64,000 bases of DNA from positions 10,083 to 74,082 of the IMG/VR virus record IMGVR_UViG_3300017791_000194. One strand, written 5' to 3'. Shown here piece by piece: positions 17,530-25,379 of this stretch. The notes below the pieces were generated by a model. The model ran no database searches. It was not told where the DNA came from and saw nothing but the letters and a program-made list of their open reading frames with translations. A program made the translations under genes and the position numbers. Position 1 is the first letter of the stretch. Each line of letters opens with the position of its first letter. This DNA is from a virus (lineage: Duplodnaviria; Caudoviricetes).

Positions 17530-17649
17530 GGCACGCCATGGCCTGGAGTGGTGGGCCAAGGCTAGGTCAGGCTGGGCGAGGTGAGGCTTGGTTCGCTCGG
17601 GCGAGCCGTGGCCTGGTGGAGCGGGGCGAGGCAAGGTAGGGCATGGCAT
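17530..17649 (+). ncRNA. GGY-NN array 6 (24 units)
   Basis: Perfect register; begins 3 nt after a stop codon; last units contain the rusA ATG. Confidence 0.8.
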
Positions 17650-18038
17650 GGACCGTCATCATCCCGCGTCCGCCATCGGTCAACAGTCTGTACCGCGTGG
17701 TGCTGCGAACAGCGCGAGATGGGCGGCGGTTCCACGGGATCGCGAAGACCGAGGAGGGCACACGGTTCCATGAGGACTCGCTCTGGCTTCTGCGGGCGGC
17801 GCCGCGCAACGGCTGGAAACCACCCGCCGAGGGCTACATCAGGATCAAGGTCCGCCCGTTCCTGGTTCGACCGATCGATTCAGACAACTTGTTGAAGGCC
17901 CTGAGCGACGTGATCCAGGCGGCCATTGGCGTCGATGATTCCAGATTCGTTTGGTGTACGTTCCCGCCCAAACTCGGGGTGCGCAAGGCCGACGCCCGGA
18001 TCGAGCTTGAAATCCTGGACGACGCCGGGCACGATTGA
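17643..18038 (+). CDS. rusA: RusA-family Holliday junction resolvase
   Basis: PPSVN, DSDNLLKALSD and GVDDS motifs. Confidence 0.85.
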   Translation: MAWTVIIPRPPSVNSLYRVVLRTARDGRRFHGIAKTEEGTRFHEDSLWLLRAAPRNGWKPPAEGYIRIKVRPFLVRPIDSDNLLKALSDVIQAAIGVDDSRFVWCTFPPKLGVRKADARIELEILDDAGHD

Positions 18039-18045
18039 CGTTCAT

Positions 18046-18200
18046 GGCGAGGCACGGCCTGCCGAGGCACGGCTGGGGTTGGCTAGGCCGGGCAAGCCGT
18101 GGCTAGGCGAGGTCTGGCTGGGCAAGGCTGGGCTGGGGGAGGCGTGGCGAGGCTAGCCAGGGCTGGGCAAGGCGAGGCAAGGCCGGGTGAGGCGTGGCAA
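18046..18200 (+). ncRNA. GGY-NN array 7 (31 units)
   Basis: Uninterrupted 155-nt register between two genes. Confidence 0.85.
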
Positions 18201-18628
18201 GGGTTGTTGTAGCTGGTTCTCGGGACATCGAGGATGCTGACGGGGCGGCTTGGTGGCTGTTCGATGTCATTCGCGTGATGGATGACCCGACAGTGATCAT
18301 GCGGCGCGGCCGGGAGACCGAGCCGGGACCGCTCGAAGAGGCCGTGGCGTTCCAGTGTCGCGACTATGGCATCCCGATCGAGTGGCGCGTGCCTGCACCC
18401 GGCGGTCGCCAGGAGGTCTTCAACCGGGACATGGACATGGTCACTGGCGCCGATCTCGTCCTGGCCGTGTTCTCACCGGAGCGAGCGATGTCAGGCGGCA
18501 CGGCGCACGTCGTCGAGAAGGCGATGGACATCCGCGTGCCCGCCTACGCCTTCGCGTACACAGGCAGGCTGGAGCGAGTGGGCGAGTTCGACCCAGATGA
18601 CATCTGGAGCAAACACATCAAGCTCTAG
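18194..18628 (+). CDS. SLOG-superfamily (DUF2493/YspA-like) protein
   Basis: VVVAGSRD N-terminus, RNxxM-like FNRDMDM, and SGGTAH motif. Confidence 0.7.
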   Translation: MARVVVAGSRDIEDADGAAWWLFDVIRVMDDPTVIMRRGRETEPGPLEEAVAFQCRDYGIPIEWRVPAPGGRQEVFNRDMDMVTGADLVLAVFSPERAMSGGTAHVVEKAMDIRVPAYAFAYTGRLERVGEFDPDDIWSKHIKL

Positions 18629-18849
18629 ACTCTGGCTGTATACCAGCGCCCGGGAAACAGGTGGGGGTCGACGGTATCGGCTGCGACGCCTTCGGGACGC
18701 AAGCCGGGCTGGCGCAGAGACAACAGACATGTGGCTCGCTCCCACGGAAGCGCCGGGGTTGATGAGAGGCCCGGCGTGGCAACGCCAGTAGCTCCGTCCC
18801 GTGAGGTGCCTGCTGTAATCGGGGTCGGCGCTGGTATACAGTGCGCGCG

Positions 18850-19284
18850 ATGGACGCGACCGCGCAGATGCTCACCCAGTCGGAGCGCCTGCTCAAGCAC
18901 TTCCGTGCAGAGTTCGAGCGCGAGATCCCGATCCGCATCCACAGTCGCGACACAGCCGACGACGGAGCGCCGCAATGGCACCCCGAGTTCGCCCGCTGGT
19001 TGACCGCGAAGGAGTCCGACACCAACAGCTACATCACCAACGGCGAGCATCGGCTCCGGACAAGGCGTGCGATGCGCAAGCTGCGCGGCACCTCGATTCG
19101 GGGCTTCGAGGTAACCTGGCGAGTCTTCGGTGGCGAACGTGTGGAGGACACCGCCCGATGGCTCAACGACCGCGCCGAGCGCAACGCACTGCCGCTCCCG
19201 CCAGGGCGAACGACCCACTACCGAACGAAGGACGCGCTGGCCATCCTGTACGCCTCACTGCTCTTCATGGAGTGGGCGTACTAG
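18850..19284 (+). CDS. hypothetical protein, possible late-gene regulator; candidate homolog of the array 8/9 targets
   Basis: ORF at the end of the early arm; function inferred from position only. Confidence 0.65.
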   Translation: MDATAQMLTQSERLLKHFRAEFEREIPIRIHSRDTADDGAPQWHPEFARWLTAKESDTNSYITNGEHRLRTRRAMRKLRGTSIRGFEVTWRVFGGERVEDTARWLNDRAERNALPLPPGRTTHYRTKDALAILYASLLFMEWAY

Positions 19285-19291
19285 GCACATT

Positions 19292-19431
19292 GGCGAGGCG
19301 TGCCGTGGCTGGCCAGGGTCTGGCATGGCGGGGCAGGGCGAGGCGGGGTCTGGCTTGGTTCGGCATGGCTAGGTCAGGCGTGGCCAGCCACGGCTGGGCT
19401 CGGCGCGGCATGGCGGGGCTTGGCATGGTGA
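19292..19431 (+). ncRNA. GGY-NN array 8 (28 units)
   Basis: Perfect register; terminal GGC-AT-G supplies the next start codon. Confidence 0.85.
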
Positions 19432-19934
19432 TCTTGCTGGCGGCGCCAGCCACCGCGGTGGCGCCGTCAGCACCTCGATCGATCCCTGACGCGGCGTTCG
19501 CGCCGGTGACCGTTCCGCAGGTCATCTACGATTTCCCCGAGCCAATGCCCGGGCAGCGGCCGGTGATCAAGCTGCCGAACAAGCCGATCGTTGAGGTGCA
19601 GCACCATGTAGATCGATCACGACCGGAAGCTTCCATCGGCCGGTCGATTTCTGGGCAAGCCAGCTGGTATTGCCGCGCTGGTGTCTCGGCTTGCCGCTAC
19701 GCCTACCCAGACGGGCCAGGCTTCGATGCCTATGCCGCAGCTGGCCCGAAGCTCCGTGCGGCGCTCGGCGACTGGCGCGGCCGGGTCGTCACCGTCAACG
19801 GCATCCGCGTGAAGCTCATCGACTGGTGTCAGTGCTCGAAGGGCAAGCCGGGCGAGAAGATCATCGATCTGTACTTCGATGTTGCCCGTGCTCTGGGCAT
19901 CACCGGAGTCGGCCCGGTCACGATACGCTGGTAG
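19425..19934 (+). CDS. RlpA-like double-psi beta-barrel protein with signal-like N-terminus
   Basis: GQASWY...V.LIDWC.C...IIDLY...LG..G...V.I.W pattern. Confidence 0.75.
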   Translation: MVILLAAPATAVAPSAPRSIPDAAFAPVTVPQVIYDFPEPMPGQRPVIKLPNKPIVEVQHHVDRSRPEASIGRSISGQASWYCRAGVSACRYAYPDGPGFDAYAAAGPKLRAALGDWRGRVVTVNGIRVKLIDWCQCSKGKPGEKIIDLYFDVARALGITGVGPVTIRW

Positions 19935-20033
19935 GCCGTGGCGCGGCCGGGCAGGGCAAGGCCTGAGCGGGCCGGGGCTCGGCGAGGCAGGGCAAGGTGG
20001 GGCTGGGCTAGGGCGTGGCATGGCATGGCATGG
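19935..20033 (+). ncRNA. GGY-NN array 9 (~19 units, two 1-nt slips)
   Basis: Begins immediately after TAG; ends (GGCAT)3. Confidence 0.8.
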
Positions 20034-20038
20034 AACGC

Positions 20039-20066
20039 TTGACAACCTGACTGAACGTGTTAGCCT
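20039..20066 (+). promoter_or_regulatory. sigma70-type promoter for the RNA/tRNA cluster
   Basis: TTGACA-16 nt-TAGCCT with extended TGn. Confidence 0.65.
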
Positions 20067-20072
20067 GCCATT

Positions 20073-20297
20073 CCTGGTCAGATTTCCAATGGACCGGAGG
20101 ACTGATCAGGTAGAGTGCTTGCCCCTGGACGGACAAGGCTTTGGCCCCGAGCAAATAGGGCTTGCCCCCTGAAGCGCACAACGGGGATGGGTAGCGAGTG
20201 GTCCAGGGGCATCCGAAGGAGGCTCTCGATGTTCACGCGATAGGGACGGCATCACGAAGTGCCGTCCACATGACGGCCGCCGTCCCGCGCAAGGGAC
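20073..20297 (+). ncRNA. unidentified structured RNA or leader
   Basis: Several helices, including tgcccctggac/gtccaggggca and ggacggca/tgccgtcc; no ORF. Confidence 0.4.
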
Positions 20298-20300
20298 ATC

Positions 20301-20492
20301 ATGGGCGTCGACAAGCAATCCAAGAAGGTCAAGAGGGCAACCCTCTCGGCCAAGCCGCGCTACGGGGGCGACCCGTACGTGGACCGTCACGGAGTGTCAA
20401 CCGAAAATCATCTTCAGCTCTGGCGTCGCCTGGTGGCGAACGGACCCGTGATGCACGGGCCTCCGGGCCCACCGCGACCCCACAAGAGCTGA
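20301..20492 (+). CDS. small basic protein (63 aa); homolog of the array 10 target
   Basis: Array 10 NNs match codons RHGVSTENH in frame. Confidence 0.65.
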   Translation: MGVDKQSKKVKRATLSAKPRYGGDPYVDRHGVSTENHLQLWRRLVANGPVMHGPPGPPRPHKS

Positions 20493-20567
20493 ACCACGCC
20501 ACGCCATGCCTGGGCTTGCCTCGCCGTGCCGAGCCATGGCCCACCGTGCCCGGCCTGGCCTCGCCAA
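20493..20567 (-). ncRNA. GGY-NN array 10 (15 units)
   Basis: Perfect register; TATGAT on - strand at 20575-20580. Confidence 0.8.
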
Positions 20568-20581
20568 GATGTTCATCATAG

Positions 20582-20657
20582 TGCCGGGTGGCCAAGTAGG
20601 TAAGGCACCGCGCTCTGAACGCGGCAATCGCTGGTTCGAGTCCAGCCCCGGCAACCA
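20582..20657 (+). tRNA. tRNA-Gln (CTG)
   Basis: tgccggg/cccggca acceptor, ccgcg-ctCTGaa-cgcgg, GGTTCGAG T-loop, encoded CCA. Confidence 0.93.
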
Positions 20658-20795
20658 ATCAACATGGCGGCAGACGGGATGTCCGCGGCAGTCCCGCCAA
20701 CCAGACAGAGACGGTGAGACCGGACCCGGTTCCGCCCGGGCGAGCACTCTGCCGATCGAAGGACCGAGCCCAGGGTCGTGGGCAGCCGTCTCCAT

Positions 20796-20883
20796 GGCAT
20801 AGGGAAGCGCTGGGGTCAGCGCGCTGGCTGGTGAGTGCCTCGACAGCCAGAGGTCTGGGTTCGAGTCCCGGCCCTGTGCCGCC
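20796..20883 (+). tRNA. tRNA-like element with a 17-nt expanded anticodon loop
   Basis: ggcataggg/ccctgtgcc acceptor, D-like arm, ctggc/gccag stem, GGTTCGAG T-arm; no clean CCA. Confidence 0.5.
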
Positions 20884-20886
20884 TTC

Positions 20887-20962
20887 GCCGACGTAGCTCA
20901 GTGGACAGAGCGGCTGGTTTCTACCCAGCATGTCGCGGGTTCGACTCCTGCCGTCGGCGCCA
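20887..20962 (+). tRNA. tRNA-Arg (TCT)
   Basis: gccgacg/cgtcggc acceptor, gctgg-ttTCTac-ccagc, CCA. Confidence 0.93.
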
Positions 20963-20965
20963 TCG

Positions 20966-21042
20966 GGGCGGCTAGCTCAGTTGGTCAGAGCATCTGGTCG
21001 ACATCCAGAAGGCCGCTGGTTCAAGTCCAGCGCCGCCCACCA
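20966..21042 (+). tRNA. tRNA-Val (GAC), with C33
   Basis: gggcggc/gccgccc acceptor, tctgg-tcGACat-ccaga, CCA. Confidence 0.88.
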
Positions 21043-21052
21043 GGACAAACTG

Positions 21053-21105
21053 AAACCCCCTGGACTGACAGACCCTTGCGGGGCTGCCCTTCCAGGGGGT
21101 TTTTA
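21053..21105 (+). terminator. intrinsic terminator after the tRNA cluster
   Basis: aaaccccctgga...tccagggggttttt. Confidence 0.7.
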
Positions 21106-21399
21106 CATGGTGGCGGGACTGCCTACCCGCACGGACGTCGCGACTTGTGGTTCAAGTACAACTTGCGTCCGACACACCCGTCGTCAGTGGCTAGCTGACT
21201 AGTCGTTCAGAGATCACCTCCCTCGCCATCAACCCTTTGGTCGATGGTCCGGGTCTCCTCCACCTGCGCGCCTCACCCTCGTAGGCCTTGACAACGCTGG
21301 CGTTTCCTGAACCGGGCGCTCCGTTTCACCAGGGGCCGCGAAGCCCCGGTCATTCCGGCATCACCCTGCGATGCTCCGTCGAACACCGCATTGTCAAGC

Positions 21400-21429
21400 A
21401 TTCTAGGTGTGTTCTGGTAGGCTTGTCAA
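21400..21429 (-). promoter_or_regulatory. leftward sigma70-like promoter overlapping a rightward extended -10
   Basis: - strand TTGACA-18 nt-TAGAAT; + strand TGG-TAGGCT at 21415-21423. Confidence 0.5.
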
Positions 21430-21435
21430 GCAAGC

Positions 21436-21550
21436 GGCGCGGCTAGGTTGGGCTAGCCGTGGCTGGGCATGGTGCGGCGTGGCTGGGCAGGGCATGGCTA
21501 GGTGTGGCCCGGTCAGGCTGGGCGTCTTCGAGCACGGACGAGTTCCGTGC
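21436..21550 (+). ncRNA. GGY-NN array 11 (18 units) plus 3' hairpin
   Basis: Perfect register 21436-21525; gcacgga-cgagt-tccgtgc at 21532-21550. Confidence 0.8.
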
Positions 21551-21707
21551 CGCAGTGCGGGCACGGCTCAGCCTTCTCACCAGGCAGCTTCAACCTGCCG
21601 TAGTAGGCGGTGCATTTTGGGCACCGCAACGGCAAGCCGTGGGGCTGCGCGAGGGCTTCTGGGGCGAGTGGGCGACGGGGCCGACGGTACAGCCCCGGCC
21701 CGGTCAA
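21513..21707 (-). CDS. small zinc-ribbon protein
   Basis: CPKC...CPHC; TTGA overlap with the upstream gene. Confidence 0.45.
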   Translation of the reverse strand: MTGPGLYRRPRRPLAPEALAQPHGLPLRCPKCTAYYGRLKLPGEKAEPCPHCGTELVRARRRPA

Positions 21708-22174
21708 CCGTCTGGAGGAAGGGGCACCCCGTCGGTGCCATCAGTGGGCATTTCAGAAGACACCTCAGGCGGGATCATGGACTTGATGATGCCGCGCGTT
21801 CGGATCGCGTAGTAGATCGTGGCCGCCAGAAACGCGACCGTCACAATCCCGGAGACAAACGAGCGGGCAACTGGATCTGGCAGAGGCAGATCGACGAGCT
21901 TGTAGCGAGTCAGGATCGTCCCCACGATGACATAGGCGAACCAGGTGAAGGTCAGCAGCTTGAGGCTATTGGCATCAAGCAGCATCCGAAAAAACTGAGA
22001 TCGGGGCCGCGGGGTCGAGTAGTAGATGCGGTAGAGATCGAGGAGGGCCACAATCGCCCCCAAGAACGTCGTCACGATGGACACAGTGATCGCGATGCCT
22101 GGGTCAACGCCGATCGCCAGAGCGATCACCGTTGGCACCATGAGCAGCGCCACGATCAGTGCGTAGAGCTTCAC
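21704..22174 (-). CDS. multi-TM membrane protein (lysis region)
   Basis: About four hydrophobic helices. Confidence 0.7.
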   Translation of the reverse strand: MKLYALIVALLMVPTVIALAIGVDPGIAITVSIVTTFLGAIVALLDLYRIYYSTPRPRSQFFRMLLDANSLKLLTFTWFAYVIVGTILTRYKLVDLPLPDPVARSFVSGIVTVAFLAATIYYAIRTRGIIKSMIPPEVSSEMPTDGTDGVPLPPDG

Positions 22175-22380
22175 CCGCTACCTCTCCGTTTCGCGACAAC
22201 CTGAAAGACCTGGTCGGCAGTGGCCAATGCTCGTTTGGTCGCCTCGGCTTGGGCCTGAAGGCGCTGACGATGTCGTCGCTCTGCTTCGGCGAGTGCCTTG
22301 TGCTCTTCGTCTGGCACCTTGGGATTCTGACGAAGGAACATGGTGGCCACCTGCTGTAGAAGCTTCATCAACGACATCAT
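22171..22380 (-). CDS. small protein (lysis region)
   Basis: ATGA and GTGA overlaps. Confidence 0.55.
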   Translation of the reverse strand: MMSLMKLLQQVATMFLRQNPKVPDEEHKALAEAERRHRQRLQAQAEATKRALATADQVFQVVAKRRGSG

Positions 22381-22712
22381 CGTCGCACACCCCCGTTCGG
22401 GGAAGTGTCCTGTAACCTGCGAATGATCTCCTCAACGGCCTCTTTTAGCGCCGTCTCGCGCTGTTTTCGCAAGGCTTCCACAGAACCCGTGAGGGCCTGC
22501 ACGGCAACGGTCAGATCGGCCATGCCCTTGCTGGATGTTTCGGCGATCGACTGCCATCGATCACGCGCCGTTTTGACGTCGAGGATGTACTCCCGGACGA
22601 GCGAGAGCAGGACTTTGCCGCCGTACCAAATCAGCAGGATCGCCGCGACTGTGAGCCCGAGGGGCCCCAGGAGCTGGTCGAAGGGGATTGTGTCGGCGGT
22701 GACGACTGGCAC
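22377..22712 (-). CDS. TM plus coiled-coil protein, holin/spanin-like
   Basis: One TM then coiled coil; lysis cassette context. Confidence 0.55.
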   Translation of the reverse strand: MPVVTADTIPFDQLLGPLGLTVAAILLIWYGGKVLLSLVREYILDVKTARDRWQSIAETSSKGMADLTVAVQALTGSVEALRKQRETALKEAVEEIIRRLQDTSPNGGVRR

Positions 22713-22731
22713 AACAACCCCCTCCGATCAC

Positions 22732-23148
22732 CTACTTCGATGTACCGGACAGGCTCGCGGCCACGCCAGAGGGCTTGAGCGCCTTGTCGTAGAACGCTGA
22801 GGTGAAACCTGCCAGGTTGACCCACGCCATGAATGTAAGGAACCCACTGGCGACGGTCAGCTGAGCACCGGTCTGGTTGAACGCAATCGCGATCAACACC
22901 GCATCGACGATCATCGAGAACACGCTCTCGTGGCCAGGCACGAGCGGAAGGCGCTTCGCAACCTCAAGGATCGAGGACACGATCGCGCCCGCAATGGGGA
23001 TACCGCCTGCGGTCAGCAGAAGCGCGAAGTCAATGGTCTGTGGGTCGACGACCTCGCTCGTTGTCGCGAGGACGATCCCCGCGAGTAGGGACATGGCTGA
23101 CGCTGCGAGGAGCAGCGCCACGCCGACGATCTTGATGTTCCTTGCCAT
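22732..23148 (-). CDS. probable holin
   Basis: Multiple TM helices directly after the endolysin candidate. Confidence 0.55.
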   Translation of the reverse strand: MARNIKIVGVALLLAASAMSLLAGIVLATTSEVVDPQTIDFALLLTAGGIPIAGAIVSSILEVAKRLPLVPGHESVFSMIVDAVLIAIAFNQTGAQLTVASGFLTFMAWVNLAGFTSAFYDKALKPSGVAASLSGTSK

Positions 23149-23178
23149 CTCTCTCCTCTCCTCTTTCTGTCGCGTGAC

Positions 23179-23967
23179 TCAGAAGTCAACCGTCCGATGG
23201 ATCACGCGAGCACGCCAGATGTGCGTGTAGGGCAGGGCGACCCGCCCGTTGACGCCATAGTCAGTGCCCCATGAGTTCTGGAACCAGATCCCAATGTTGT
23301 CGTTGTAGCCGTAGCACCAGATCTCGTGGTAGCCGATGAAGTAGTCGGGCGCGGGCAGCTTGCCCGACGCCAGCGGGTGCTCCCAGCTGTGGAAGAACGG
23401 CAGCAGAAACAAGACGCCATGGTCATGGCTGATCGCGGTCTTGATCGCGTTGACGGTCTTGTCCAGGACGATCGCCTTCCTGATCCGGTGGACCGAAGCA
23501 TGCGGCGTCGAATCGTCCTCGGGGTAACCCCGGTCGATGCGCTCTTGATTGGCGGCGTCGATCGATGCGCCGTAGGCGTTGCCGCCGATGCGGTAGAAGA
23601 ACTTCTCCTCGTCGAGGTCGAAGAACTGGCCCAGCTCCGGCCGGTCGTGCTGGTTCTGGTCGTAGGCACTGGCGTGCGCCACGCACCGAGGTGTCGTCCC
23701 TTGGTTGGTGACCGGGGGCCGCGTCTTGAGCGGGATGTAGTCGTACGACGGATAGCCCGCTCCAGCGAGCGGTGAGCCAGCCAGAGCGAGGACCGGCCCT
23801 GCCTCGACGTCCTCGTCAGCGTCCGGATCTTCGGCCTTCTTGTCGATGAGACCAGGCAGCACGATCACGCCACGGCCGTGCTCATGTGGGCCATGGCCAT
23901 TGTCCTTTTTGCCGTGTTCCTTTGACTTTTCCTTCGGCTTCTGCTTGTCATCCCATGGACTAGGCAT
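23179..23967 (-). CDS. papain-like (C1) cysteine peptidase, endolysin candidate
   Basis: NQGTTPRCVAHA (Q..C), HEIWCYGY (His), FQNSWG..YG..G. Confidence 0.8.
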   Translation of the reverse strand: MPSPWDDKQKPKEKSKEHGKKDNGHGPHEHGRGVIVLPGLIDKKAEDPDADEDVEAGPVLALAGSPLAGAGYPSYDYIPLKTRPPVTNQGTTPRCVAHASAYDQNQHDRPELGQFFDLDEEKFFYRIGGNAYGASIDAANQERIDRGYPEDDSTPHASVHRIRKAIVLDKTVNAIKTAISHDHGVLFLLPFFHSWEHPLASGKLPAPDYFIGYHEIWCYGYNDNIGIWFQNSWGTDYGVNGRVALPYTHIWRARVIHRTVDF

Positions 23968-23988
23968 CCTGATGGTTCTCCTTTCCGC

Positions 23989-25371
23989 TCATGCTTCTTC
24001 GACCAGGACCCATGAGCCAGCCTGCGCCGACCCACGCGATGCCCCATCGAGATTGACGGTGTTGCTGCCGGTCGTCGACCAGTACAGCTTCACGGTGTAC
24101 GTTGTGCCCGGTGTAAGGCCGGTGAAGATGTAGCCGATGGCGACATTCTTACGATCGGCAACGCCGTCCCACCCACCAGCTCCGCAGTTGAACTTGTTGG
24201 TGCCGCCATCGATGCTGGCGGAGATGATCGTATCGGCAGTGACGGCGCCCATCTTCAGGACCAACTCACCGATCATCTTGACCCGGCCTGTCTGGCCACA
24301 GACGATCGAGACGTCCATCGACGAGCTGATCGCGGGCGCCGAGCCGCTGCTCGTGCTTAGGTCGGTCGACGGCGCCTCCGTTCGGCTCGGCGGGTTCGGG
24401 AGGTCAGCTGGCTTCGAGTCGATCCGCATGATGGAGAAGTGTGCTTGCGCCTCGTAGGCCGAGGCGTGCCCAACCGTCCTGTTGCCCGTGAAGTAAACCT
24501 CGATGTAGTCGCCCGCCGCGAGGTCATACACGCCGCCGCCTGATACATAGTCACCGCCGCTTCCGTGACCCTCGTTGAGCGAGATCAAGCCCGAACCGTT
24601 GAGCCGCACTCGGCAGAACTCCCCAGCCCCGAGCGAGGCAACCACCGCGCCGTACTCGAACAGGTACTTGCCGCCCATCCCGGCGGGGATCGTCAGACGA
24701 CCCGTGTTCGACCCTGTGGAGTGGAACCCGTCGGTGTCGAACTTCTCCGAGTTGAACAGGATCACGTCGTTGTTGACGGTCTGCGTCGTGTTGTGATAGA
24801 CGAGCGCCCCGACGCCGGACCCGACACGACCACCGTCGAGCTTGACGAGCTGCGCGGCGGCGCGGTAGATGTTGAAGGCCCCGCCAGAGCCGTAGTCGCA
24901 CCAAGCGTACAGTTCCACAAAGTCGCCAGAAGCAAGATCGAGTATCGCGCTGATGGACAACGCATTTGAGTGTCCATTGAGCACCGAGTTCGTGATCCGT
25001 GTTACTTCGTTGGCGTTGACCCGAACGTAGATTTCCATATCGGTGCCCGCGGTGTCGGTGGTGGTGTAGCTGCCCTCGAACAGGTATTTGCCACCGAGGC
25101 CTGCCGGGATCGTGAACCGACTCGGATTCGTGGTGTTGTCGTGAAAGCCATCAGTATCGAAAACCTCGTGCTTGATCGGTACGGAAGCGTAGGTAGACCG
25201 CGTCACTGTTTGAGCGTCGCCGGAGTCTGTGTAGCCGCCCGCGCCGATGAAGCTGGCCGGGAGCGCGCCCTCGATGGTGTGATCCGCGTTCCAGTTCGAC
25301 GGGCGCACCAAGGTGGCATCACCGCCGTCGCTCTTGGCGCTGACGAATGGGTGGTAGACGCGAGTGGTCAT
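23989..25371 (-). CDS. tail fibre/receptor-binding protein with two C1q-like repeats
   Basis: Duplicated FDTDGFH...R(F/L)TIPAG(L/M)GGKYLFE...L..GD(F/Y)(V/I)E. Confidence 0.7.
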   Translation of the reverse strand: MTTRVYHPFVSAKSDGGDATLVRPSNWNADHTIEGALPASFIGAGGYTDSGDAQTVTRSTYASVPIKHEVFDTDGFHDNTTNPSRFTIPAGLGGKYLFEGSYTTTDTAGTDMEIYVRVNANEVTRITNSVLNGHSNALSISAILDLASGDFVELYAWCDYGSGGAFNIYRAAAQLVKLDGGRVGSGVGALVYHNTTQTVNNDVILFNSEKFDTDGFHSTGSNTGRLTIPAGMGGKYLFEYGAVVASLGAGEFCRVRLNGSGLISLNEGHGSGGDYVSGGGVYDLAAGDYIEVYFTGNRTVGHASAYEAQAHFSIMRIDSKPADLPNPPSRTEAPSTDLSTSSGSAPAISSSMDVSIVCGQTGRVKMIGELVLKMGAVTADTIISASIDGGTNKFNCGAGGWDGVADRKNVAIGYIFTGLTPGTTYTVKLYWSTTGSNTVNLDGASRGSAQAGSWVLVEEA

Positions 25372-25379
25372 CGGTCCCT

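Noticed and set aside
18046-18200. Simple microsatellite or slippage repeats
   Set aside because: The NN positions are highly variable while GGY is fixed, and several arrays decode to neighbouring coding sequence
21145-21175. T-loop-like ggttcaagt as a fourth tRNA or att site
   Set aside because: No cloverleaf, no duplicate seen and no integrase in the window
21513-21707. Array 11 targeting this zinc-ribbon ORF
   Set aside because: Only AY and PHC hits, in incompatible registers; indistinguishable from chance
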